Below, piece after piece: positions 1-8,969 of a stretch of 64,000 bases of DNA. Source of the stretch: Spirochaetia bacterium (lineage in GTDB: Bacteria; Spirochaetota; Spirochaetia; UBA9216); contig CAXXYH010000004.1 in NCBI GenBank assembly GCA_963677925.2, forward strand, positions 1,632,001 to 1,696,000. The letters are read 5' to 3'. The notes under the pieces are model-generated. The model saw only the letters and a program-made list of their open reading frames with translations. It did not search any database and was not told the DNA's origin. Position 1 is the first letter of the stretch, and the number at the start of each line of letters is the position of its first letter. Made by a program: the position numbers and the translations under genes.

Positions 1-48
1 AACGTTAAGTAAAATATACATTGAGAAATTATTAGGCTGTGATTCTGA

Positions 49-810
49 TTATTTTCTATATCCCATATTAAGTGATATCTCTTCAGCTGCGGATTTCACT
101 TCCTGTGATATCTCGGGGATTCTTTCAGCGGTAAATGTAATAACTGTCGAGGTTATCCCGACTGCACCGATGCAATTTCCTTCACTATTGAAAATCGGTG
201 CTGCACAGCATCTGATATCATCTGCAAATTCAAGTTCATCAAGGGAAAATCCCTGTTCGCGGATTTTTTCTGTTTCCTTTCTCATCTGCTGAGGTGTCAC
301 TATTGTGTGTTCTGTTCTGGCAGGCATGCTGTTGCCGGTCAGGTATTCATCAAGAGTGAAATTGCTTTCCATTGCAAGAAATATCTTCCCATGGGATGTG
401 CAGTAGAGCGGAAAGAGGCTTCCGACCGGTGAAGAGAAACGAATAGGATGAGTGGTCAGTACCACATCCAGTATCATTGACTGCATGCCGACCGGTACTG
501 CCAGATGTGCGGTTTCACCTGTTTTTTCCATTAATTTAATAAGGTATGGATTCACTACAGCCTTCAAATCTCTTCTCGACAGTGTCTGAAGCCCGTAATG
601 AATGAGCATGCTGCCTAGAAAATATCTGTCACCCCGTTTTTCTATAATCAGCTCTTTTTCAAGTGTGAATAAAATTTTATAGACTGTTGTCTTCGCTATA
701 CCGCTTTTTTTTACCAGATCGCTGAGTGTAAGCCCTTCATCATGCTCGGAGATATATTTTATTACATTAAAAGTTTTTTCCAGTACCGGAACATTATAAC
801 TTGCTGCCAT
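49..810 (-). CDS. IclR-family transcriptional regulator (KdgR-like)
   Basis: N-terminal HTH (LTLSDLVKKSGIAKTTVYKIL) and IclR C-terminal signature (GFSLDELEF...CCAAPIF); last gene of the kdu/TRAP unit. Confidence 0.9.
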   Translation of the reverse strand: MAASYNVPVLEKTFNVIKYISEHDEGLTLSDLVKKSGIAKTTVYKILFTLEKELIIEKRGDRYFLGSMLIHYGLQTLSRRDLKAVVNPYLIKLMEKTGETAHLAVPVGMQSMILDVVLTTHPIRFSSPVGSLFPLYCTSHGKIFLAMESNFTLDEYLTGNSMPARTEHTIVTPQQMRKETEKIREQGFSLDELEFADDIRCCAAPIFNSEGNCIGAVGITSTVITFTAERIPEISQEVKSAAEEISLNMGYRK

Positions 811-876
811 GCTTACCTGCCTGTTGATAATACAGAATAATGATAATTCTGCATAGGGCAGGGCGCCGGCTATCCC

Positions 877-1638
877 CTAACGGGAAAGCCAGCCTCCGTC
901 TACTGCTATTGTAAAACCGTTTATATAGTCGGATGCTGCCGACGACAGAAAGACCGCTGTTCCTGCCAGGTCGGATGGGTTTCCCCAGCGTCCGGCAGGT
1001 ATCCTTGCAAGGATTTCATTATACCTTTTTTTATCGGAACGCAGTGCTTCGGTATTGTTTGTGATCATATAACCCGGAGCAATTGCATTCACATTAATAT
1101 TATGCGCAGCCCATTCATTAGCAAGCAGGCGGGTTAATCCGAGAACTCCGCTTTTGCTGGAGGTGTAGGATGCTACCCTTATGCCGCCCTGGAAAGAAAG
1201 CATTGAAGCAATATTTATTATTTTCCCTCCGCGGTTTTGTTTTATCATCTGCTTCCCCGCCGCCTGTGACAGGAAGAATAAAGATTTAAGGTTGATATTC
1301 ATTACATCATCCCAGTCTTTTTCACTGAATTCTACTGCATCCTCCCGTCTGATTATCCCTGCATTATTAACAAGGATATCAATAGAACCGAAGGCTTCAA
1401 GGGTTTCACTGATTATCCTGTCAACCGGTTCCGTGCTGATCAGATCAGCTTCAATCCATTCAAATTGTCCGCCTGACTTTTTAATTTTCCCGGAGGTTTC
1501 CTCGGGCCTGGTTTTGCCGATTCCAGCAATATTTGCACCAGCTTCCGCAAGCCCGCAGCAGATTGCCTGACCGAGGCCGGTTGAGCTGCCAGTTACGATA
1601 GCGGTTTTCCCCTTGAGCGAAAACTGATCAAGAATCAT
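877..1638 (-). CDS. kduD: 2-dehydro-3-deoxy-D-gluconate 5-dehydrogenase
   Basis: SDR motifs TGSSTGLG, NNAGIIRR, YTSSK; ASMLSFQGGIRV and DGGWL typical of KduD; overlaps kduI. Confidence 0.93.
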   Translation of the reverse strand: MILDQFSLKGKTAIVTGSSTGLGQAICCGLAEAGANIAGIGKTRPEETSGKIKKSGGQFEWIEADLISTEPVDRIISETLEAFGSIDILVNNAGIIRREDAVEFSEKDWDDVMNINLKSLFFLSQAAGKQMIKQNRGGKIINIASMLSFQGGIRVASYTSSKSGVLGLTRLLANEWAAHNINVNAIAPGYMITNNTEALRSDKKRYNEILARIPAGRWGNPSDLAGTAVFLSSAASDYINGFTIAVDGGWLSR

Positions 1639-2465
1639 TTCAGTTCCTCCATCGGAACACCGTCCATATCAGTAAATGTCTGGTTTTCACCTACCATTCC
1701 CCAAATGAAAGTGTAGTTTTTTGTTCCTGCCCCTGAGTGTATAGACCAGCTTGGGGAAATTACTGCTTCTTCGTTTCGTACAACAATGTGCCTTGTTTCA
1801 TCAGGCGTTCCCATCAGATGAAATACGACAGTATCCTTCTCCATGTCAAAATAAAAATACACTTCCATTCGTCGTTCATGTGTATGTACAGGCATTGTGT
1901 TCCATATACAGTTCGGTTCAAGTATAGTCATACCCATGCAGAGCTGGCAGGTCTCTAAGACCGCAGGATGCAGATACTGATGAATAGTCCTCTTGTTTGA
2001 TTCCTCCAGGGACCCGAGTTTTACCTGTTTTGTTTCTGAAAGCGGAATCCATTTTGAAGGGTAGGCTGCATGGGCCGGACCTGAGAGCATGTAGAATTTA
2101 GCCGGCTCCTTCTGATTTTCACTGGTGAATGAAATCTCCCTGGTCCCCATACCAATATAGAAACCGTCGCTTTTCTCCATAATATAGCTTTTACCGTCTA
2201 TATTAAGGCTGCCTTTACCTCCGACATTTATAATGCCGCCCTCTCTTCTTTCAAAGAAGAAATCGCTGGCAAGTTCGGTTCCGGCCTCAAGTTTCAGGGG
2301 TTTTCCTGCAGGCATGATGCCTGAAGTTATGATTCGATCGAAATGGCTGTAAATAAGACTTATACTGTTTTCGACGAACAGGCTGCTGATAAGAAATTCA
2401 TCCCTCAGTTCAGTTGTTTCCATTTTTTTAGCATGGTCCGGATGTACCGGATAACGAATATCCAT
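1635..2465 (-). CDS. kduI: 5-dehydro-4-deoxy-D-glucuronate isomerase
   Basis: WNTMPVHTHERRMEVYFYF and SPSWSIHSG motifs. Confidence 0.96.
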   Translation of the reverse strand: MDIRYPVHPDHAKKMETTELRDEFLISSLFVENSISLIYSHFDRIITSGIMPAGKPLKLEAGTELASDFFFERREGGIINVGGKGSLNIDGKSYIMEKSDGFYIGMGTREISFTSENQKEPAKFYMLSGPAHAAYPSKWIPLSETKQVKLGSLEESNKRTIHQYLHPAVLETCQLCMGMTILEPNCIWNTMPVHTHERRMEVYFYFDMEKDTVVFHLMGTPDETRHIVVRNEEAVISPSWSIHSGAGTKNYTFIWGMVGENQTFTDMDGVPMEELK

Positions 2466-2480
2466 TTAGAACTCCTTGGA

Positions 2481-3755
2481 TTACATTAGTATTGACGGCA
2501 GCCATAAGGTAAGCTGCGGTATAAAAGTGATGACAACCAGGGTTGTCAGATTTGCAGTGAGAAATGGCAGTGCCGATTTGAAGATTGTTCCTATTTCAAG
2601 TCCGGAAAGTGAAGATGCCACATTCAGGCACATTCCGACCGGGGGGGTAACAAGACCCACCGCAAGACCTGATATAAGTATTACACCGAACTGTACAGCA
2701 TTAATGCCCAGAATTGAAGCAATAGGCAGAAAAACGGGGGTAAGAAGAAGTATGGCCGGGGTAACATCAAGAAAAGTTCCTGCCAGCAGGATGATTACAT
2801 CAATTATCAGAAGAACAACAAAGGGCGGAATATCAAGGCCTGATACAAACATACCGAGGGTTTCAGGAACTCTCTCGATGGCAAGAATCCAGATATACAG
2901 TTTTGATAGTGCTATAATAATCATAACTCTGGCACTTGTAAAAGCGGCATCTCTGATCAGCGGAGGCAGGTCCCTGAGTTTAAGGCTTTTGAAAACAAAC
3001 ATCCCGATTATCAATGCATACAGTACTCCAATACCTGCCGATTCAGTAGCAGTGGCTATTCCCAGAACCACTGAGCCGATAACAAAAAGCGGCATTATGA
3101 GAGCCAGCACCGAACGCTGAATGGTTATTGCAGTTTCAGCAGCTCCCGGTTTTACTTCTTCTCGCGGATGCTGTTTTATGTAGCTTATAAGCAGTGTTAC
3201 GGCAAGCATTATCAGCCCGATCATTATTCCGGGTATTGCGCTCCCCAGAAATAGTCTTCCAACTGATTCCTCGGCTGCCATTGCATAGACAACCATCGGT
3301 ACACTCGGCGGAATAATCATACCCATTGTCGAAGATGCGACCGTTATGCCGCTTGCGTATTCCAGCGAATAGCCCTTTTTATTCATTTCGGGGATTAGTA
3401 TGGCTCCAACTGAAGCCGTGTCTGATACTGACGAACCGGATATCCCGCCGAAAATCATGCTTGCAAAAACGTTGACAAGACCCAAACCGCCGCGAAGTCT
3501 TCCTACAAAGAGCTGGCAGAACTCGATAAGCCTTCCGGTAATTCCGCTGGAGTTCATAAGGGAGCCCATAAGACAGAACAGCGGCAGAGCTATCATTGAA
3601 TATGACTGCATTCCGGCAAACAGCCGCTGGGGCAATATTGATATCAGTTCGGGCTGGAGAATGGTGAAATATAGAAAGCCGGAGATTCCAAGCGAGTATG
3701 CGATTGGGATTCCTAGAATCAATAAAATTGTAAGACTGATTAACAGTAATGCCAT
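2481..3755 (-). CDS. dctM: TRAP transporter large permease
   Basis: Very hydrophobic; FGGISGSSVSD, IIPPSVP and TPPVG motifs. Confidence 0.93.
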   Translation of the reverse strand: MALLLISLTILLILGIPIAYSLGISGFLYFTILQPELISILPQRLFAGMQSYSMIALPLFCLMGSLMNSSGITGRLIEFCQLFVGRLRGGLGLVNVFASMIFGGISGSSVSDTASVGAILIPEMNKKGYSLEYASGITVASSTMGMIIPPSVPMVVYAMAAEESVGRLFLGSAIPGIMIGLIMLAVTLLISYIKQHPREEVKPGAAETAITIQRSVLALIMPLFVIGSVVLGIATATESAGIGVLYALIIGMFVFKSLKLRDLPPLIRDAAFTSARVMIIIALSKLYIWILAIERVPETLGMFVSGLDIPPFVVLLIIDVIILLAGTFLDVTPAILLLTPVFLPIASILGINAVQFGVILISGLAVGLVTPPVGMCLNVASSLSGLEIGTIFKSALPFLTANLTTLVVITFIPQLTLWLPSILM

Positions 3756-4228
3756 TACCTTTGCGCTCCTCTGATTCTGATCTTAAATATGTTGAAAAAG
3801 CAATAGAGTATTGACATTCCGCAGCTCAGGGGTACGCTCATCTGGATGTATTTCATGGGGATTCTAAGCACAGGAGATTCAGATGTACCTACCTTGGAAA
3901 TCCATGGAAGGCTGTATTTAATAAAGACAATATTCAGAACAGCAATCAGAACAATTCCAATAATTTCAACAGCAGCTTTTGCCGGTACTGGAAGGTTGTC
4001 GGTAAACACTCCGATTCGTATATGTTCATGTGTGCCTATTGATACTGCAGCCCCTATCGCTGTTGTATAAAGAAACAGGAATTCAAGCATTTCATTTCCG
4101 CCTGTAATTCCTGTGTTGAATACATATCTGAGAATTACCAGAAGAATTGTCAGAATCACTATTATCGAAAAGAGTACAGTTAATACGGCGGAAAAAATCC
4201 TGTTCAGTATAGTTTCAAATTTCATCAT
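3755..4228 (-). CDS. dctQ: TRAP transporter small permease
   Basis: 157 aa, about 4 TM segments, LRYVFN and HIRI motifs, lies between dctP and dctM. Confidence 0.9.
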   Translation of the reverse strand: MMKFETILNRIFSAVLTVLFSIIVILTILLVILRYVFNTGITGGNEMLEFLFLYTTAIGAAVSIGTHEHIRIGVFTDNLPVPAKAAVEIIGIVLIAVLNIVFIKYSLPWISKVGTSESPVLRIPMKYIQMSVPLSCGMSILYCFFNIFKIRIRGAQR

Positions 4229-4284
4229 CTTGAAAAAGTCTCCTGAAGGGATAGTCCGGCAGGACCAGGCCTGCCGGCTGATAT

Positions 4285-5310
4285 CTATTTTGCTGCATTA
4301 AGAATGCTGTTTATCTCATCCCATGTGAAATATCCGTCATCTACATATCCCTGCCATACCGGTTTAACTGCATTGACGAATTCTGCATGAGCAGAAGATG
4401 AAAGCTCGTTTACATCAAGGTTGTCCTTTAAGGTATAAAAATAATCCTTTTCTGATCCCAGCCATACTTCATTGGAATACTTCATTGTTGATTCCGCAAC
4501 TGAATCAAATACAGCTTTAAGATCATCCGGAAGACTCCGGTACCAGTCCGGATTAACATAGAAAGGATCCGGATGAATCTGCCAGTTGACGACTGAAAGG
4601 TATTTCTGTGCTTCATAGAATTTCATATCTACAGTATTAGAGAAGGGATTTTCCTGGCCGTCTACTACACCTGTTTTAAGAGCCATGTATGTTTCTGTAT
4701 ATGCTACCTGCTGGGGGTTAGCCCCGATGGCTTTGAAAGTTTTAATTGTCATATCAATCGGCGGGGTTCTCATTTTGATACCCTTCAGATCTGCAACACT
4801 GGTTATCGGGCGTACATTATTTGTAATGTTTCTGAATCCGCCAGCTACTCCGCATGCCGGAACATATATACCGTTTTCAAGAGCTCCCTGGTTTATCCCT
4901 GCTCCTATTGCTCCGAACATTATATCCTGTACCTGGTCGGTCGTATTGAACATGAACGGCAGTGTGTAGATAAGATATTTTTTATTAACTCTTTCAAATA
5001 GTCCGCCTCTTGATCCCTGGATATTTCCAATCTTGACCATATCAAGGACTTCCGCCTCGGTGCCCAGCACTCCGTTAAAATAAAGTTCAACGGATATTCT
5101 TCCGTTGCTCGCTTTTTCCAGCTGCTCCTTAAAGAAGTCCATTGATTTACTTCTTGGATGGGTCGGAGACTGGGTATGTGCGTATTTAAACACAAAGCTC
5201 TGTGCAGGTTCAGCTGCACCTGTTTCCGGGGCTGATTCCTTCTGTCCTTCTGCAAAGGCAGCTCCTAGAATGACCACAGCAGTTAAAAGGATTGCTGTCA
5301 GTTTTTTCAT
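4285..5310 (-). CDS. dctP: TRAP transporter solute-binding protein; start moved to ATG 5310 (MKKLTAILL)
   Basis: DLKGIKMRTP, ALKTGVVDGQENP; signal peptide; AGGAGG Shine-Dalgarno just upstream of 5310. Confidence 0.92.
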   Translation of the reverse strand: MKKLTAILLTAVVILGAAFAEGQKESAPETGAAEPAQSFVFKYAHTQSPTHPRSKSMDFFKEQLEKASNGRISVELYFNGVLGTEAEVLDMVKIGNIQGSRGGLFERVNKKYLIYTLPFMFNTTDQVQDIMFGAIGAGINQGALENGIYVPACGVAGGFRNITNNVRPITSVADLKGIKMRTPPIDMTIKTFKAIGANPQQVAYTETYMALKTGVVDGQENPFSNTVDMKFYEAQKYLSVVNWQIHPDPFYVNPDWYRSLPDDLKAVFDSVAESTMKYSNEVWLGSEKDYFYTLKDNLDVNELSSSAHAEFVNAVKPVWQGYVDDGYFTWDEINSILNAAK

Positions 5311-5330
5311 AATAAACACCTCCTGTACAG

Positions 5331-5395
5331 TGTTCCCTATTATAAACACTGTTCCTGAATGTGAACATATTAACATCATCAAAATATGCTGTCAA
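5331..5395 (-). promoter_or_regulatory. sigma70 promoter of the TRAP-kdu operon with two tandem palindromic operators
   Basis: Minus strand TTGACA(5395-5390)-17-TAATAT(5372-5367); TGTTC-N8-AAACA (5331-5348) and TGTTC-N8-GAACA (5350-5367). Confidence 0.7.
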
Positions 5396-5410
5396 ATTTT
5401 TTTCTGAATT

Positions 5411-6277
5411 TTAATTACGATATTCGGTAGGAGAGAGCCCTGTTATCTTTTTAAATTGGCGGCTGAGGTAGTTGCTGTCTGTGTAGCCTGTTTCATAGGC
5501 TATCTCAGTAATGCTCATATCGGTAGTTTTCAGCAGCCTGCGAACCTGCTGAATGCGCATCCTGCTGTGGTATTCAATAGGACTTAATCCGGTATTTTTC
5601 TTGAACAGCCGAAGAAGGCTGCTTTCAGACATTCCGGCAATTCCAAGTATTTCAGCAATATTTACAAAACGGCTGGAATTCTGCTCAAGATAATTGAGAA
5701 TACTGCTTATTCTGGACAGTTCCTTCATCTCAGGGACATCACTTGATTCATAATGTCTGCTCAGGTATGCGGCAAGCTGCATGAATAGCGAGATGCTCAT
5801 GAAACGGTATCCGGGGTGTTTCAATTCAAGTTCTGTTTCGATCAGTTTTATATAATCAAGTGCTTCAGCTAGATCCTTTCGTTTGAGTCTCAAACGGCTT
5901 TTAAACTTCAGCTCACTTCGCAGCCTCGGTTCCCAGGTGAAAAGAGCGTGGTAGCCTTTAATGTCGAAAAGATCCATACCGGGCAGATAGAGGTTCTCAC
6001 GGTCAAACAGGATGTTTACGAGTTTAAGATCATCAATTTCACGGTAGCCGTGTGCTCTGTCTCCATGCAGCACAAAAACATCACCGCGTTTTACTGTGTA
6101 TTCCTCATCCTCGGTAAAATGCACCCCCTTTCCATTATATACAATAACCAGCTCTGAAAAATCATGTGTATGACTGGGAAAGGGTATCTGCGGAGCGCGG
6201 TTTAGCACGGTAAGATGAAGATCCGGGTTGGGGAAAACATCGCTGTGTTTAAGGTGGCTTTTAATAGATTCCGGCAT
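5411..6277 (-). CDS. AraC-family regulator, RhaR/RhaS-like
   Basis: Cupin HTHDFSELVIV..G.G.H N-terminus; C-terminal ITEIAYETGYTDSNYLSRQFKK; divergent from rhaA. Confidence 0.88.
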   Translation of the reverse strand: MPESIKSHLKHSDVFPNPDLHLTVLNRAPQIPFPSHTHDFSELVIVYNGKGVHFTEDEEYTVKRGDVFVLHGDRAHGYREIDDLKLVNILFDRENLYLPGMDLFDIKGYHALFTWEPRLRSELKFKSRLRLKRKDLAEALDYIKLIETELELKHPGYRFMSISLFMQLAAYLSRHYESSDVPEMKELSRISSILNYLEQNSSRFVNIAEILGIAGMSESSLLRLFKKNTGLSPIEYHSRMRIQQVRRLLKTTDMSITEIAYETGYTDSNYLSRQFKKITGLSPTEYRN

Positions 6278-6478
6278 ATGACGGAATTGTGCTAAAAATA
6301 GACTGTTTAGTCAAGGCGGATTTTCCACACCCGTTTTACACTGAATAAACACCGCACCGTAATGTGCTGTGTATGTCTTGAAGTTGCCGGGAAGAGCTTT
6401 GAAAGCTTCACAATGCAACTTCATGTTTTCACTTGCCATCAGGGCAGGATTTTATGAAAATTAACTAAGGAGTGTTTT

Positions 6479-7744
6479 ATGAAAGAGAACTTAGCTAAAT
6501 CTTATGAGCTGGCAAAAGAGCAGTATGCCGAGCTTGGAGTTGATACACAGAAAGCAATGGAGAATCTTAAGAAGGTTCCTCTGTCCATACACTGCTGGCA
6601 GGGTGATGATGTAGGCGGATTCGAAACTCCCGATTCTTCGCTGTCAGGCGGCGGAATTCAGGTTACCGGAAATTATCCCGGAAAGGCGGGAAGCGTTGAA
6701 GAGCTGCGCAAAGATCTTGATAAGGTCTATTCAATGATTCCCGGAAATCACCGGCTCAATCTTCATGCAATCTACGGAGAGTTCGGCGGCAAAGTAGTAG
6801 ACCGCGATGAAATTGAACCTTCCCATTTCGAAGGCTGGATGAAATGGTCCTCAGATAACAAGATTCCGATGGATTTTAACGGAAGCTTTTTTTCTCATCC
6901 AAAGGCAGATGCGGGATTTACCCTGTCAAGCAAAGATCCTGATATCAGAAAGTTCTGGATCGAACATGCAAAACGAGTAAGGACTATATCTGCTGAATTC
7001 GGCAGGAATCAGGGTTCTCCCTGTATTGAAAACCTCTGGATTCCCGACGGCCACAAAGATATCCCTGTTGACAGAATTGGTTACCGCAGAATTCTTAAGG
7101 ATGCACTTGATGAGGTTTTCAGTGAAGACCTTCCTTCCGAATATATGAAAGATGCGGTTGAGACCAAACTTTTCGGTATCGGAAGCGAGGCCTTCGTTGT
7201 CGGTTCTCATGAATTTTATATGGGCTATGCCCTTCAGAATAATAAAATGCCCTGTTTTGATTTAGGTCACTTTCATCCGACTGAACTTATCGCGGATAAA
7301 ATATCATCAGCTCTGCTTTTTTCAGATGAGCTTCTGCTTCATGTAAGCCGGCCGATGAGATGGGACAGTGACCATGTGGTTATTTTCAATGATGACATAA
7401 GATACCTCACAGAGGAACTTGTCCGATCAAAGATGATAGACAGGGTTCACATCGGCCTTGATTTCTTCGATGCTACCCTCAACAGGATTGGAGCATGGAC
7501 AACTGGAGCAAGAGCCACCCTCAAGGGCCTGCTTGCCGCAATGCTTGAACCTACTGAAACTCTTATAAAGTATGAAGCCGAAGGGAATTACTACGGAAGA
7601 ATTGCCCTTCTAGAAAGGCTGAAAACAATGCCGGTAGGAGCTGTCTGGGATTATTACTGTGCCTCCGAGGGGGTTCCGACCGAAGCTGAAATCTTTACTG
7701 CTGTCAGTGAATATGAATCTTCCATTCTAAAAGGAAGGGCATAA
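6479..7744 (+). CDS. rhaA: L-rhamnose isomerase
   Basis: SIHCWQGDDVGGFE, TGNYPGKA, KLFGIGSE, GHFHPTE, RWDSDHVV. Confidence 0.96.
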   Translation: MKENLAKSYELAKEQYAELGVDTQKAMENLKKVPLSIHCWQGDDVGGFETPDSSLSGGGIQVTGNYPGKAGSVEELRKDLDKVYSMIPGNHRLNLHAIYGEFGGKVVDRDEIEPSHFEGWMKWSSDNKIPMDFNGSFFSHPKADAGFTLSSKDPDIRKFWIEHAKRVRTISAEFGRNQGSPCIENLWIPDGHKDIPVDRIGYRRILKDALDEVFSEDLPSEYMKDAVETKLFGIGSEAFVVGSHEFYMGYALQNNKMPCFDLGHFHPTELIADKISSALLFSDELLLHVSRPMRWDSDHVVIFNDDIRYLTEELVRSKMIDRVHIGLDFFDATLNRIGAWTTGARATLKGLLAAMLEPTETLIKYEAEGNYYGRIALLERLKTMPVGAVWDYYCASEGVPTEAEIFTAVSEYESSILKGRA

Positions 7745-8862
7745 TGTTTAATGAGCTGCAGACAATAATTGATCTTTCAAGAAGTTACGGAAGCAATCCT
7801 GATTATGTTCTTGCAGGAGGAGGAAATACCTCGCTCAAGCATGATGGCACCCTCTATGTGAAGGCTTCAGGCTATCCCCTGGCAACTATAGGGGAGGAAG
7901 GTTTTGTAAAAATGAGCATGGATTCCCTGAATGCCATCTGGAACAAAAACTATCCGGATGAGGTAAAAGCGAGGGAGGCTGAGGTTCTTGCCGATATGAT
8001 GGCCGCAAGGCTTGAAGGTGAAACTGCACGGCCGAGTGTTGAGGCTCTGCTTCATTCGCTTATTAAGGGCAAATATGTCGTACACACCCATCCCGGTCTT
8101 ATAAACGGGCTGACCTGCGGGAAGGCCGGTGAAGCAATGACTGCTGAAATATTCGGAGACAGGGCGGTATGGGTTCCTTCCGTTAACCCGGGGTATATTC
8201 TTGCAAAGGAAATCCGTGACAGGATTGAGGCGGCTGTCTCGGCAGGAAAAGCCTATCCAGCAATACTAGTCCTGCAGAATCACGGCCTTTTTATATCCGG
8301 TGAATCAAAAGAACAGATAGACAGCATCCACAGTGAGGTTACAGCTGAGCTGAAGGCGAGACTGAAACGGACACCTGTAAGTCTTTCCGACACTGCAGAG
8401 ATAGCGGATGCGGCTCTTGTCGGTGCTTTTAAATCGGAGGCCGAAGCCGCGCTCGGCGGGGAGCTTTTTATAAAAACAGCGGTTAACCGCGATATTCTTG
8501 CTTTTGCCGAATCAGAAACAGCTTTTGATCCTCTCAGGCTTCCTTTCAATCCGGATCAAATCGTTTATTCCGGTCCAGGCCCGCTTAGGCTTGATAAGGT
8601 TACCGACTTCGGCTCTGTATATAAAAAATATATGGAGCGATGGAACCGTAAACCAGGGGGGGCGCTTGTTGCCGGAGAGGGGCTTTTTGCTTTCGATGTA
8701 ACTGAAAAAAAAGCCGAGTCTGCTCGATCTCTTGTTCTTGATTCTGCTGCAATTGCCGTCTATTCGGAATCCTTCGGAGGGCCTAAGCCCATGACCGAAG
8801 AACAGATAATTTTCATACGTGACTGGGAAGTTGAAAGCTACCGGGCCTCGGTTCAGAAATAA
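7744..8862 (+). CDS. Class II aldolase/adducin family protein, probable rhamnulose-1-phosphate aldolase
   Basis: GGGNTS, KASG, RPSVE..LH, HTHP, LQNHG motifs; ends WEVESYR like the aldolase half of RhaD/RhaEW; coupled to rhaA. Confidence 0.8.
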   Translation: MFNELQTIIDLSRSYGSNPDYVLAGGGNTSLKHDGTLYVKASGYPLATIGEEGFVKMSMDSLNAIWNKNYPDEVKAREAEVLADMMAARLEGETARPSVEALLHSLIKGKYVVHTHPGLINGLTCGKAGEAMTAEIFGDRAVWVPSVNPGYILAKEIRDRIEAAVSAGKAYPAILVLQNHGLFISGESKEQIDSIHSEVTAELKARLKRTPVSLSDTAEIADAALVGAFKSEAEAALGGELFIKTAVNRDILAFAESETAFDPLRLPFNPDQIVYSGPGPLRLDKVTDFGSVYKKYMERWNRKPGGALVAGEGLFAFDVTEKKAESARSLVLDSAAIAVYSESFGGPKPMTEEQIIFIRDWEVESYRASVQK

Positions 8863-8879
8863 CAGGCCGTTCAAAAGCA

Positions 8880-8908
8880 GCTGCGGAAATATTTTCAGTT
8901 TCCGCAGC
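8880..8908 (+). terminator. Hairpin after the aldolase gene (possible terminator or stabiliser)
   Basis: GCTGCGGAAA...TTTCCGCAGC inverted repeat; no strong U-tract. Confidence 0.45.
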
Positions 8909-8969
8909 AGCTCATACTCATATAAATTATTGTTGCAGAGCCGAATATAACACAGTATGATCGAAATTA

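Noticed and set aside
2476-3120. 214-aa + strand ORF (and similar antisense ORFs over the transporters)
   Set aside because: Typical stop-poor reverse frames of hydrophobic genes.
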